Of a DNA stretch of 64,000 nucleotides, positions 41,330 through 51,688 are shown piece by piece (within the stretch, counting starts at the first letter, position 1; each line of letters starts with the position of its first letter). Source of the DNA: Myxococcota bacterium (GTDB taxonomy: Bacteria; Myxococcota_A; SURF-8); NCBI GenBank assembly GCA_963674735.2, contig CAXXQS010000002.1, positions 2,240,001-2,304,000 on the forward strand. The letters run 5' to 3'. Under the pieces are notes generated by a model. That model was not told the origin of the DNA. It saw only the letters and a program-made list of their open reading frames with translations, and did not search any database. The translations under genes were made by a program, and so were the position numbers.

Positions 41330-44314
41330 ATGACGACGAACGGCGATGAGCAGCAGAAAGGCAGCCGGTCCCGGATCGCCAATTATCAGAAAATACTCGC
41401 GAACAACCCACGGTCTTTCATCTTCGCCCAACTGGCGGAAGAGCACCTGAAGCTGGGCGAGTTGGATCAGGCGATCGAGATCTGCCAGAAGGGATTGCAG
41501 TACAATCCCGATTTTTCGGACGGCTTGTACGTTCTGGGCGTCGCTCTGTTCAAAAAAGACCTCAAAGACAACGCCATCAAGCTTTTCCTGAGTATCCTGC
41601 GCAATCAGCCCGATCATTATCTGGCGGGCGAAGCCATGCACCGCATGGACTACACCGACGAACAGATCAAGCAGATGATCGCCGACGGCCTGGACGGTCG
41701 GCCGGAAGAGACGGAGGAGGAACTCTCGCTTTTGGGAGTGGTGCCGGAGGACGAAGAAGTGGCGTCGGCCGCCGCATCGGGAAAAATCCGGCTCGATTCG
41801 CGTCACGCGCCGTCGGAAGCGGCGCAGCAGATGTCGGCCCGCCGTGGCGTTCCGTCTGCGGCCGGGGACATTCGCAGCGCCATCCGTCCGGGGGTCGATA
41901 CCGCCGAACTTGACGACGAGGAACCGGCTTCGTCCGAACCGCGCAATCCGTGGCTGAAAGTCGCGGCTTTGGGCATTTTAATCGTGCTGGCGCTGGTGGG
42001 CTATTTCGTGTACGCCGCTTATGAGGCGCGTTCGGAGCGCGAAGCCGTCGCCATTTTATACATGGAAGCCGATGGCTTGCTCAAACAGGATTCCATGGCA
42101 TCCCAACGTGAAGCGATACGCAAGCTTGAGCAGGGAGTCGAGGCGCATCCGAAAGCCATCCATCTCAAGGCCATGCTGGTGGAGGCCTATGCCAGATCCC
42201 TCATCGATTTCGATCCCGACGATCTCGACTGGAAGGCGCGTATGGAAGCGCTGTTCGCGACGTTTCCGCCCGGCAACATGACCGACAGCGATTTGCTGTC
42301 CGCCCAGGCGTACCGCTCCTTCTATCTCAATCAGCCGGGGGATGTCCGTTTTCTCGTCGATACGGCCGGGGAAAAAGGCTTGCTGACGCCCGGTATGACC
42401 TGTCTGGACGGCGAGTTGAGCATCTTCGATCGCCGCTATCCGAAAGCGCTGTTGCTTTTCGATGAGGCCCTGGCCGACGACCCGGCACTCTTGCGCGCCC
42501 AGTATCGCAAAGCCCTCACCTTGATCGAAACAGGGAACCTGAAAGGGGCGCAGGCCACGCTGGAATTGCTGCTCGAACAGCAACCCGATCACCTGCGCGG
42601 AAAAATCCTGCTGTGGGAAGCGCGGATCAAACAGGGGGACGATGCCAAGCGTCTGCAGCAGGAAGTGAACGACTTTGCCGCCGTCAACGAAGCGAAATTG
42701 CCGAGTATTCCCCTGGCGCGGCTGCTTTACGTCCTGGCCCTGCTCAACAGTCAAAGCGGCGATACGGCGACGGCCCTCGGTCAGGCCGAACGGTCGGTTT
42801 CGCTACACGCCACGGCCGATTCGCTGTTTTTACTGGCGAAGCTGCAATTTGCGGCGAAGCGTTACGACGAAGCGAAGGACAACGCCCTGCAGGCTGCCGC
42901 TTTGAATCCGGATATGAAAGACTACCACGCCTTTTTGGGGCGCTTGTATTTTCTGGAAGATCACAAAACCGAGGCGTTGCGCCAGATGGAAATGGCCATC
43001 GATGACAGCACCGACGCTCTCGATCTGCTGGTCATGGCCGGCGATGCCGCTTCGAAACTGCGCATGTATGACAAGGCTGTGCAGTATTACGAGCGGGCCA
43101 GTTTTGTCAACTTCCAGAATCTCGATCTGAAAAAGAAGCTGATTCTCACCTATATCGAGAAGCAGGATATGAAGGATGCCAAACGGCGCATCGAGAAACT
43201 GCTGCTCGAACAGTACGACCAGCCGATCACGCATTTTCTGAACGGGCGTTATCTGTTGGCCGAAGGCGAACGGGCCAAAGCGCGCAAAGCGTTCATGACC
43301 GGCCTCTCCCGCGACGCGAAAAACCGGGAACTTCTGTTTGAACTGGCCCGCTTGGACATTCGCGAAAAAAACATGAAAGCCGGTTTCAAGCGTCTGAGAC
43401 GGCTGGTGGAGCTTTACCCGGAGGATGTGGAGGCGCTTGGGCTGCTGGCCGATTTCGCCTTTGCCGCCGATGCACGCGCGACCGCTTCCGAGCTTTACAA
43501 ACGCCTGGACGATCTGCGCCCGCAGATTCGGCGTTATCGCCTGCGATTGGCTTTTCTCGATTACCTGGCAGGGGAAAGCAAAGCGGCGCACGCCTTGGTA
43601 GAAAAGGAACTGGCCCGCAACCCCGACTTGGCCTACGGCCACATTCTACGCGGCATCTTCCTGTTGTTGGAGAACGATCCCAAACGCGCCGAGGCCCAGA
43701 TTCAAAAGGGCATTCAGTTAAACAGTAAAAACCCCGAGGGGCATTTCTGGCTGGGTCGGATCAAACGGGAAGCCGGGGACCACACTTGGGCGGTCAATGA
43801 ATTCGACCTCACCCTCGAATGCCAGCCCGTGTACCCGAAGGCCGATTTCGAAATCGCCGACATCCATTTCCTCAAAGGCGAATACGATCAGGCCAAGGAA
43901 CGCTACCTGCGCGCCCTGGACGTCTTCAGCCTCTTTTCCGAGGAGAAAGACTATCAGGTCAAGATTTACACCCGGCTGGGTGAAATCGATATCGTCCGCA
44001 ACCGGGTGCGGCAGGGGTTGAAGCTGGTGCGGCAGGCCTCCAAGATGGATCCCACCGCGGCGGAACCCTATTATATCCTGGCGCGCGATGCCATCGACAA
44101 ATACAGCAATGCGCGCAAAACGATTGGTCTGCTCAACAAGGCGCTGGAACTCGATCCCAAGCTGGCGCCCGCTCATTACGAACTCGGCCTGATGTACATG
44201 GCGCGCGACCGCAACAAGGAAGCCGCCAATCAGTTCCGCCGCTATCTGAAGATCGAGCCGAAAGGGCGTTTCGCCCAGGACGCGCGGCAGAAACTCGACA
44301 ACCTGCTCAGGTAA
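41330..44314 (+). CDS. Large bitopic TPR-repeat protein
   Basis: N-terminal TPRs, one TM helix near aa 210-230, long C-terminal TPR array. Confidence 0.85.
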   Translation: MTTNGDEQQKGSRSRIANYQKILANNPRSFIFAQLAEEHLKLGELDQAIEICQKGLQYNPDFSDGLYVLGVALFKKDLKDNAIKLFLSILRNQPDHYLAGEAMHRMDYTDEQIKQMIADGLDGRPEETEEELSLLGVVPEDEEVASAAASGKIRLDSRHAPSEAAQQMSARRGVPSAAGDIRSAIRPGVDTAELDDEEPASSEPRNPWLKVAALGILIVLALVGYFVYAAYEARSEREAVAILYMEADGLLKQDSMASQREAIRKLEQGVEAHPKAIHLKAMLVEAYARSLIDFDPDDLDWKARMEALFATFPPGNMTDSDLLSAQAYRSFYLNQPGDVRFLVDTAGEKGLLTPGMTCLDGELSIFDRRYPKALLLFDEALADDPALLRAQYRKALTLIETGNLKGAQATLELLLEQQPDHLRGKILLWEARIKQGDDAKRLQQEVNDFAAVNEAKLPSIPLARLLYVLALLNSQSGDTATALGQAERSVSLHATADSLFLLAKLQFAAKRYDEAKDNALQAAALNPDMKDYHAFLGRLYFLEDHKTEALRQMEMAIDDSTDALDLLVMAGDAASKLRMYDKAVQYYERASFVNFQNLDLKKKLILTYIEKQDMKDAKRRIEKLLLEQYDQPITHFLNGRYLLAEGERAKARKAFMTGLSRDAKNRELLFELARLDIREKNMKAGFKRLRRLVELYPEDVEALGLLADFAFAADARATASELYKRLDDLRPQIRRYRLRLAFLDYLAGESKAAHALVEKELARNPDLAYGHILRGIFLLLENDPKRAEAQIQKGIQLNSKNPEGHFWLGRIKREAGDHTWAVNEFDLTLECQPVYPKADFEIADIHFLKGEYDQAKERYLRALDVFSLFSEEKDYQVKIYTRLGEIDIVRNRVRQGLKLVRQASKMDPTAAEPYYILARDAIDKYSNARKTIGLLNKALELDPKLAPAHYELGLMYMARDRNKEAANQFRRYLKIEPKGRFAQDARQKLDNLLR

Positions 44315-44396
44315 TCGTCCACTGAAATTGGGTTAGGGGGTAGGGAATATGATGGGTAACTTGTTGCCCATCTTCATGCATCTTGATACGGATCGC

Positions 44397-45413
44397 CTAG
44401 TTGCCCATGCCGCGTTCGGCGTACCAGGATTGATAGAAGTTTTTATACTCGCCCGACTGTATGCGTCGCCACCAGCCTTCGTTTTCGCGGTACCATTCCA
44501 GCAGCCCCGGCAGGGCGTCCTCGATCATGCGCGTGGGGGCGAAGCCCAGTTCGCGTTGGGCCTTGTCGTAGGCGATGGCGTAGCGCCGGTCGTGTCCGGG
44601 ACGGTCTTTGACCAACTGGATGAGGGACTCGGGTTGCCCGGTGAGGGCGCAGATCTGCTTGGCGATGTCGAGGTTGGTCCGTTCGCAGTCGCCGCCGAAA
44701 TTGTATACGTCGCCCGGTTGCCCCTTTTCGATGGCCAGGGCCAGGCCCAGGCAGTGATCCTCTACGTGAATCCAGTCGCGGATGTTCTGGCCGTCGCCGT
44801 ATAGCGGCAACGAGCGGCCCTCCATGGCGTGGATCATGAAAAGCGGGATAAACTTCTCGGGAAACTGAAACGGCCCGTAATTGTTGGAACAATGGGTGAT
44901 CAGCACCGGGAAGTCGAAGGTCTGGAAGTAGCTGCGCGCCAGCAGGTCGGAGGCCGCTTTGCTGGCCGAATAGGGATTGTTGGGTGCGTAGGGGGAGTCC
45001 TCGTCAAACAGCCCCTCCGGACCGAGCGAACCGTATACTTCATCGGTGGAGACGTGTACGAACAGGCGCAAACCGGCCTCGCGTGCGGCGTCGAAGAGAA
45101 TCTGAGAGCCCAAAACATTGGTGGTGACGAAGACCTGCGGACCGACGATGGAGCGGTCGACAAAGCTCTCCGCCGCGAAATGGACCACGACTTCGCAGCC
45201 GTGCATGGCTTCGGCCACCACCTGTGGATCGGTGATATCGCCGCGAATGAAACGGTAGTGGGGGTCGTCGTCGAGGTCTTTTAAATTTTCGAGGTTGCCC
45301 GCATAGGTGAGGGCGTCGAGGTTGACCAGGGTGTCCGCAGGATGTCGTGCACGCCAAAGCTGTATGAAATTACTACCGATAAATCCGGATCCGCCGGTGA
45401 CCAGAAGCTGCAT
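44397..45413 (-). CDS. rfbB: dTDP-glucose 4,6-dehydratase
   Basis: VTGGSGFIGSN, LTYAGN, STDEVYG, YSASKA, DRPGHDRRYA. Confidence 0.95.
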   Translation of the reverse strand: MQLLVTGGSGFIGSNFIQLWRARHPADTLVNLDALTYAGNLENLKDLDDDPHYRFIRGDITDPQVVAEAMHGCEVVVHFAAESFVDRSIVGPQVFVTTNVLGSQILFDAAREAGLRLFVHVSTDEVYGSLGPEGLFDEDSPYAPNNPYSASKAASDLLARSYFQTFDFPVLITHCSNNYGPFQFPEKFIPLFMIHAMEGRSLPLYGDGQNIRDWIHVEDHCLGLALAIEKGQPGDVYNFGGDCERTNLDIAKQICALTGQPESLIQLVKDRPGHDRRYAIAYDKAQRELGFAPTRMIEDALPGLLEWYRENEGWWRRIQSGEYKNFYQSWYAERGMGN

Positions 45414-45706
45414 GCCATCCTCTCTTCGTTTAAGCGCCGGTTCGAACGTCTGCACAATAAATCCAGCATACCACGCCCGCGCATCCGACGCCAGTTTGCC
45501 GCCTGTCGATCGGGTGCCAATGAGCTCTTTAGAGAGCGAAATCCCAAGAATTGCCAATAACTTCCGGCTGTGGTACAATAAATATAGAATTCACGTTGCA
45601 GGCAAGGATTCAACTTGACAGCGCCGTTGCAAACGTGCTACTGAAGTTCCATTCATTTTTCGGAGGATCAAACCCTCCGTTGGATTGCGTGAAAGGAGAT
45701 CGGTTG

Positions 45707-46024
45707 ATGACGAGGCTTGTAAAGCTGCTGATGTGTGCTGCCCTGGTGGCCCTGCTCGCGTTCCCCCTGATGCTGACCGGTTGCGGCGACGAAAGCGATC
45801 TCGAAGATCCCACGCTGAATTATCCGGACGGTGGATCGCGTGACGAACAGGCATGCAAGGACGCGTGCGATAAAATCGCCGGTTGTATCGGCGGCGACCA
45901 GTCGGATTTCCTGGAAGACTGCAAACGCCAGTGCAATACGGCCACGTATTTCGACCGTGAAGCGCTCGATTGCATCGATGATGCCGGCTGCGATGCGATT
46001 TTCAGTTGTGGGTTTGAATATTAA
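45707..46024 (+). CDS. Small 8-Cys lipoprotein A
   Basis: AAGGAG RBS; lipobox LTGC; CxxxCxxxxxC...CxxxC...CxxxxxCxxxxxC. Confidence 0.75.
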   Translation: MTRLVKLLMCAALVALLAFPLMLTGCGDESDLEDPTLNYPDGGSRDEQACKDACDKIAGCIGGDQSDFLEDCKRQCNTATYFDREALDCIDDAGCDAIFSCGFEY

Positions 46025-46192
46025 ATCGACGGAAAATGCGATTCCCGCACGGGAATCCTTGACCGACGCCTCAAGTTTGGATATCATTCCGACGAACGAC
46101 GTCCTCTTCGAGCCTCGACGGATGACGCCCTACCCCGTGGGTGTGGGTGGGTGTCATGGCGGGGGTGAGTGGATCAGGCAAGGAGAAGGTGC

Positions 46193-46492
46193 ATGATGTT
46201 TCGGAACCCGATGATTAGATTGGCTATGATGGCATTGCTGCTGCTGTCCCTGACGGTAATGGCGCTGGGTTGTGGCGATGCCAATCGCGCGGACTGCAAA
46301 AGTTCCTGCGAAAAGATTTACGATTGCGACGATCCGGATAACGGCGGCTCCGGTGTCCTCGACGACACGTGGCTGCTCTCCTGCAAGTCGGCCTGTGAAG
46401 AGGCGGACGAAATTGCCGAGGATGTCGCGGATTGTATCCTGAAAACGAATTGCGAAGATATCGAGCGGGAGTGCGGAGCCGGATCCGTCTAA
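46193..46492 (+). CDS. Small 8-Cys lipoprotein B
   Basis: AAGGAG RBS; lipobox ALGC; nearly the same Cys spacing as lipoprotein A. Confidence 0.75.
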   Translation: MMFRNPMIRLAMMALLLLSLTVMALGCGDANRADCKSSCEKIYDCDDPDNGGSGVLDDTWLLSCKSACEEADEIAEDVADCILKTNCEDIERECGAGSV

Positions 46493-46521
46493 GCCTCTAT
46501 CCCCCTCTCGTACAAGTTTCG

Positions 46522-46554
46522 AAAGGTGACGCCTGCGAGCGTCGCCTTTTTTTT
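46522..46554 (+). terminator. Intrinsic terminator
   Basis: GGTGACGC-ctgcga-GCGTCGCC followed by T8. Confidence 0.8.
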
Positions 46555-46738
46555 ATGTTCGTCATGGCGTTCTCTCTCCGGGTCGTGCTTTCCGGCCCTC
46601 CTTTCGGATGGCATGGAAACGGCGAGTCGTCTCCCTTCGCCGAGCAGCTTGCAAGGCTGTCCTCGATTGGAAGAGACGCCGTTGTGCCGTTGATGAGGCG
46701 GCGGGACAAGCGGGCTCCGGTTGCGTTGGGATTGGGGC

Positions 46739-48340
46739 TTAGGCCTCCAGGCGCGCCAGCGCTCTTTCGAGTCGCAGAACGCCTTGAAGAAAGAGGCGTT
46801 TGGTTTGCGGATAATTGACGACGAAGCGGGTGGCGGTGATCAGCGAGCGGGCCATCATCAGGCACAAACGCTCCTCGAACAGCGTATCGCCGTGCTCGGC
46901 GGCGAAGCCGCGTGTGAAGTCGATGATGCGCGAGTTCACCGATTCCAGGACGGTCATCTGTTCGTCGGAGTGGATGGGCATGCGCAGATTGGAGGCCAGC
47001 AGGACGCTGATATCCTGCAGGTAATCGCCGTCCGTGCTGCGATAAACGTCGATAAACTGGATTTTGTTCTCGCGCTGCCGAAACAGCAGATTGTCGTTGT
47101 TGAAATCGCCGTGGATGAAAACGGTAAACGGAGTGGCGAGTCGGTCGTTGAAGACTTCCGCGCGTCGGATCAAGTCTTCGAGCGGGGGATGCTCGATGCC
47201 GCAGAACGAGGCGGGTTCGTTGCGCAACAATCCCAGCTTGCGGTGGCGGAAATAGGTGGCGTCGAGGCGCTTGCGCAACTGGTGCATGGGCGTAAAAGGC
47301 GCGGGCTCGGGACGGTAGGTTTGGGTCCAGATCATGTCGAGCAGTCCGAGCAGTTTGTCGGTAACCGCCTCGGCTTTGTCGAACCATTTGGCGTCGTTGT
47401 AGATGTCGAAAAGCGTGACTCCCTGCAGGTACTTGTAAAGCATCACCTGGCGCTTGTCGTCGTCTTTGGTGGTGAGCACCTGCGGGACCAGGTTGGGGAT
47501 AATCCGGTTCCAGCGTTCCAGGCAGTCGACTTCCTTTTGGATTTTATGCGGCGTGCCTTCCTTGTAAATGAAGGTGTCGTCCTGGCCTGTTTCCAGCTTG
47601 AATGTGGAGGAGCCCGATTTGGTGCCCCAAAAGCCTTCCACTGAAAGTTCGGTGAGTTTGTCTTCGTCGAACAGGCGTGAAAACTCGCTGGCCTGGTGCA
47701 TTTTCAGGCGTTCACCGGCCACCATGGTCAAAACCGCTTCGGCCATGTCCAGGATGGCATCGCCGATTTTTTCCAGTTGCTTGGCGGCGAAAAGCTCGGT
47801 GAGCCGGTAACCGACATCCTGGCCGGGATTGGTGAGCCATTCCAGGGTTTCGTGCAGCATGGACGTATAGACGTCGTCGAGGACCGATTCCGTGCGTCCG
47901 GCCTTCTCGGCCATTTCGATGTCGCGTTTTAAAAAGGCCTGCACCACCTGCTCGATTCCGATCAAGGCTTTTTCAAGTCCGCCGCGCAGGTTGAGGGCGG
48001 AGGGCTGCAGAGGCTTCTTGACGATGTGTAGCGATTGCTTGGCGATATTTTCCGCATGGTCGGCCACTTTTTCGAGAGCCTTGGCCATCTTGAGCGCCGT
48101 GCGCAGGTACTCCAGTTTGGGGGCTTCGCTGCATTCCTGAATGAGTTTGAAAATGCGACTTTCGGTGAGGACATACAGGTTGTCGACGTAGTTGTCCTTT
48201 TCGATCACGGTGTGGGCGAGTTGCTCGTCCCGGTCGACGAAGGCCAGAACCGCCATCTTGAGCTGGACCAGCGCCGCTCCGCTCATGCCGAGGACCATTT
48301 CTTTCACTTGCTGACGGGAGTCCGGACTCGTCAACGGCAT
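46739..48340 (-). CDS. PhoU-domain protein fused to an APH/choline-kinase-like phosphotransferase
   Basis: PhoU repeats (LEKVADHAENIA; LEKIGDAILD); kinase motifs HGDFNNDN and FID. Confidence 0.85.
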   Translation of the reverse strand: MPLTSPDSRQQVKEMVLGMSGAALVQLKMAVLAFVDRDEQLAHTVIEKDNYVDNLYVLTESRIFKLIQECSEAPKLEYLRTALKMAKALEKVADHAENIAKQSLHIVKKPLQPSALNLRGGLEKALIGIEQVVQAFLKRDIEMAEKAGRTESVLDDVYTSMLHETLEWLTNPGQDVGYRLTELFAAKQLEKIGDAILDMAEAVLTMVAGERLKMHQASEFSRLFDEDKLTELSVEGFWGTKSGSSTFKLETGQDDTFIYKEGTPHKIQKEVDCLERWNRIIPNLVPQVLTTKDDDKRQVMLYKYLQGVTLFDIYNDAKWFDKAEAVTDKLLGLLDMIWTQTYRPEPAPFTPMHQLRKRLDATYFRHRKLGLLRNEPASFCGIEHPPLEDLIRRAEVFNDRLATPFTVFIHGDFNNDNLLFRQRENKIQFIDVYRSTDGDYLQDISVLLASNLRMPIHSDEQMTVLESVNSRIIDFTRGFAAEHGDTLFEERLCLMMARSLITATRFVVNYPQTKRLFLQGVLRLERALARLEA

Positions 48341-48343
48341 GGG

Positions 48344-48613
48344 CTAGTCCTTTTCGCTGTCGATGCTCAAGGCTTTCGTAGATGGGCTGTGGTCGCGCCA
48401 GGTCAATTCCAGCGATACCCGGTTGTGGACACCGCGTCGGGATGCGCGCAGATCGAGTTCGGTCTCCCGGCTCGGCGCGAGTTTGAAACGCTCGTCGCCG
48501 GTGCTCAGCGTGACCTGTCCCTGGCGCAAACCGCGGGCCAAAGCCTCCAGATAGTCGGCGGCTTGTTCGGGGCTGGTAACCAGTGAAAAATAGAATTCCT
48601 GATTTTCACGCAT
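48344..48613 (-). CDS. Amphi-Trp domain protein
   Basis: AADYLEALARGLRQG.V.L...VSLELTW; GGAGG RBS. Confidence 0.8.
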   Translation of the reverse strand: MRENQEFYFSLVTSPEQAADYLEALARGLRQGQVTLSTGDERFKLAPSRETELDLRASRRGVHNRVSLELTWRDHSPSTKALSIDSEKD

Positions 48614-48806
48614 ACAACCGACCTCCTTGGCACGAAGCGGTAAACCAATATAGTATCAATGTGTTAGACATTTAGCAATAGAAAGCAAACGAAAAGCAAA
48701 ACGAAATTCCGCGTTGCCGGATCGGAAAGCTTGTCGACGGCGGGGCTTTATGCTAGCTTGGGCTCGCAAAACAGCGTTGAGACTGTGTAGAGACGAGGCG
48801 TATGCG

Positions 48807-49727
48807 ATGAATGTGGAGAAGATCAGAGACCGTTTTCCGGAGAAGCTCGATAATGTGGTGCTGACTCTGGGTAATTTCGACGGGGTTCACCGCGGGCATC
48901 AGAAACTGCTGCGCCTGACGCGCGATAAAGCCCGCCAGCGTCTGGGCCGAGCGGTCGTGATGACCTTCGATCCCCATCCCGTGCAGGTTTTCAAGCCGTC
49001 GCTGTTCAAACAGATTCAAAGCCTGGACGACCGCCTGTGCCGCATCGAGCAATCCGGGGTGGACACCTGCGTGGTGGTGGAGTTCACCCGCAACCTGGCC
49101 GACCACACCCCGCGCGAGTTCGTCCTTGAATGGATGCTGCGGCTTTTCGATCTCAAGGAAGTGGTGATCGGCTACGACACCACCTTCGGCAAGGGCCGCA
49201 CCGGCAGTCCGCCGATGATGGAGGAATTCGGGCGCGCCTTCGGTTTCGACACCCACGTGGTGGAAGCCATCTACATCGGCGACGAGCCGGTTAGTTCTTC
49301 GCGTATCCGCCGGACCGTGGCGGCGGGCAAGGTGGAGGAAGCCACCGATCTGCTGGGATACAATTATTTCCTGCGCGGGACGGTGGTCAAGGGCTTCGGA
49401 CGTGGCGCGGCCGTGCTGGGCTATCCCACCGCCAATATCAAAACGGAAACCAATCTGATCCCCGCCAATGGGGTTTATGCCGCCTGGTTTCATCGCAACG
49501 GCGACCGCTATCGGGGTGCACTCAACGTGGGCACCAACCCGACATTCGGCAACCAGGCCGTCTCGGTGGAAACCTATATCCTCGATTTCGATGAAGACAT
49601 CTACGGCGAGGATGTGAAGGTGGAGTTCGTGCAGCGCCTGCGCGGCGAACGTAAATTCGACTCCATCGACGCCCTTAAACAACAGATGACCCTCGACGTG
49701 GCCGAGGTGCGGCGTGTGCTGCGCTGA
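48807..49727 (+). CDS. ribF: Riboflavin kinase/FAD synthetase
   Basis: GNFDGVHRGHQ, VSSSRIR, GYPTAN, NVGTNPTF. Confidence 0.95.
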   Translation: MNVEKIRDRFPEKLDNVVLTLGNFDGVHRGHQKLLRLTRDKARQRLGRAVVMTFDPHPVQVFKPSLFKQIQSLDDRLCRIEQSGVDTCVVVEFTRNLADHTPREFVLEWMLRLFDLKEVVIGYDTTFGKGRTGSPPMMEEFGRAFGFDTHVVEAIYIGDEPVSSSRIRRTVAAGKVEEATDLLGYNYFLRGTVVKGFGRGAAVLGYPTANIKTETNLIPANGVYAAWFHRNGDRYRGALNVGTNPTFGNQAVSVETYILDFDEDIYGEDVKVEFVQRLRGERKFDSIDALKQQMTLDVAEVRRVLR

Positions 49728-50487
49728 CGGGGTGGCGGTGGTCGTCCCCGCCCGCAACGAAGCCGCCTGTATTCGCCACGTTCTCCAGACCATTCCCGCT
49801 TTCGTCCGATACATCATTGTGGTGGATGACGCCAGCGAGGACCGCACGGCGGAGCTGGTGCGCTCGCTCGGCGATGCGCGCATCGAGCTTGTGCGGCATG
49901 AAAGGAATCGGGGCGTGGGAGCGGCGATAGCCAGCGGCTATCGGCGTGCGTTGGCGCGTGAAGCGGCCGTGGTGGCGGTGATGGCGGGAGATGGCCAGAT
50001 GGATCCCGCCGACCTGCGGGCGCTGTGCGAGCCGGTCGTGAAGGGGGAGGCCGATTACGCCAAAGGCGACCGCTTCGCCGACGGCAGCGCCTCCGTCCGC
50101 ATGCCGCCCGTGCGTCTGGTCGGGAACTGGCTGTTGTCGTGGCTCTCCAAGCCGGTGACCGGCTATTACGAGGTGTTCGATAGCCAGTGCGGCTATACCG
50201 TCATTTCGGCGGGCATGCTGCGCCGTCTCGACCTCGCCTCCCTGTATCCGCGCTACGGTGTGCCCAACGACCTGCTGGCGCGTCTGCATCGTCTCGATGC
50301 GCGGGTGGTGGATGTGCCGGTGCGTCCCGTGTATCCGGGGCGTCATTCTCAGATGAAGCTGTGGCGCGTGGTTCCCGAGTTGAGCTGGCTGATGCTGCGC
50401 CTGTGGGCAAGACGGATGACGGCGCGCCTCGATCCCGAACCGGCGGCGGGGGGCGTGCGGGAGAACGCCTTCGATGCCGCCGACTGA
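49714..50487 (+). CDS. GT2-family glycosyltransferase (DPM-synthase-like)
   Basis: VVVPARNE, VVDDASEDRT, NRGVG, AGDGQ, DSQCGY. Confidence 0.9.
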   Translation: MCCADGVAVVVPARNEAACIRHVLQTIPAFVRYIIVVDDASEDRTAELVRSLGDARIELVRHERNRGVGAAIASGYRRALAREAAVVAVMAGDGQMDPADLRALCEPVVKGEADYAKGDRFADGSASVRMPPVRLVGNWLLSWLSKPVTGYYEVFDSQCGYTVISAGMLRRLDLASLYPRYGVPNDLLARLHRLDARVVDVPVRPVYPGRHSQMKLWRVVPELSWLMLRLWARRMTARLDPEPAAGGVRENAFDAAD

Positions 50488-51688
50488 CACCCTCGTTATC
50501 ACCTCCGCTTATCCGCGCTTTCCCGGCGATTTCGCCGGCCGTTTCGTGGCCGAGCAGGCGCGTGCCTGCGGTGTGTTGGGTGGGGTTCGCGTGCTGGCCC
50601 CCGCCGATGCGGCCGTCGAGCCGGGGTATGCGCCGTTCGACATTCCGATCCTGCGTTATGCCTCCTTATTCAATCGCTGGAGCGGCCCTTTTTATGGAGC
50701 CGGTGGACCCGACAACCTGCGGCGGCGGTCGGTGCGACTGAGCGTGCCGTACGCCGTTTCCGCGTTGCTTTCGGCCGCGCGGCGTGAAAACCGGACGGCG
50801 GCGCGGCTGGTGGCCCATTGGCTGGTCCCGGCCGGATTCGCGGCGGCAATGGTGAAACGACGCGACCAGCGGCTGCAGGTGATCGTGCATGGCGGCGACT
50901 GGCGCTGGCTGTCCGCCTCGGCGTATGGGCGCGCGTTGGCGCTGGGCGTGTTGTGGCGGGCGGATGACGTGGTGGCGGTGGCGCCCTGGCTGGCCGCGTC
51001 GCTTTCGGCGGCGGTGCCCGCCCGGTTTCGCGCCGCCTTTAAACGCAAGCTGCGTGTGTTGCCGATGGGGCTCGACACGCAGGCCTACGTCGCCGCTGCG
51101 CCGGACCCCGAGGTGTCCGGCGCTCTGCCGCGTCCGCCGTTGATTCTCGGGGTGGGGCGGCTGGTGCCCATCAAGGGGTTCGACCGTTTGATCGAGGCGT
51201 TGGCGGGGCTTGTGGCGGACGGGCGGGAGGCGCGTTTGCGCCTGATCGGCGACGGACCCGAACGCGGACGTTTGGCGGCGTTGGCGGCGCGTAGCGGGGT
51301 GGCGCTCGACTTGCCGGGGGCGCTGGACGGGGATGCGTTGGCGGCGGAGTATGCGGCGGCGACTGTCGTGGCGCTGCCGTCGCGTGGCGGGTGTGGCGGC
51401 GGGGAAGGGCTGCCGCGCGTGCTGCTGGAGGCTATGGCGGCCGGGTGCGCGGTCGCGGCGTCCGATTCGGGCGGGGTGGCATCGGTTGTGCGGCACGATG
51501 AAAATGGACTGCTGGATGAGGGAAAGAATGCTACACTACGGTCCAATCTGGCGCGTTTGCTGACGGATTCCGCGTTGCGTCGCCGTTTGGGCGAGCGGGC
51601 GCAGGCCGACGCGCGGGACTATGATTGGCGCGTTTTGGGGCCGAAGTTTGTCGAACCGTTTACGAGGAGGCTGCCGTGTTCAAGGTGA
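50474..51688 (+). CDS. GT4-family glycosyltransferase
   Basis: GRLVPIKG, EGLPRVLLEAMAAG. Confidence 0.9.
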   Translation: MPPTDTLVITSAYPRFPGDFAGRFVAEQARACGVLGGVRVLAPADAAVEPGYAPFDIPILRYASLFNRWSGPFYGAGGPDNLRRRSVRLSVPYAVSALLSAARRENRTAARLVAHWLVPAGFAAAMVKRRDQRLQVIVHGGDWRWLSASAYGRALALGVLWRADDVVAVAPWLAASLSAAVPARFRAAFKRKLRVLPMGLDTQAYVAAAPDPEVSGALPRPPLILGVGRLVPIKGFDRLIEALAGLVADGREARLRLIGDGPERGRLAALAARSGVALDLPGALDGDALAAEYAAATVVALPSRGGCGGGEGLPRVLLEAMAAGCAVAASDSGGVASVVRHDENGLLDEGKNATLRSNLARLLTDSALRRRLGERAQADARDYDWRVLGPKFVEPFTRRLPCSR

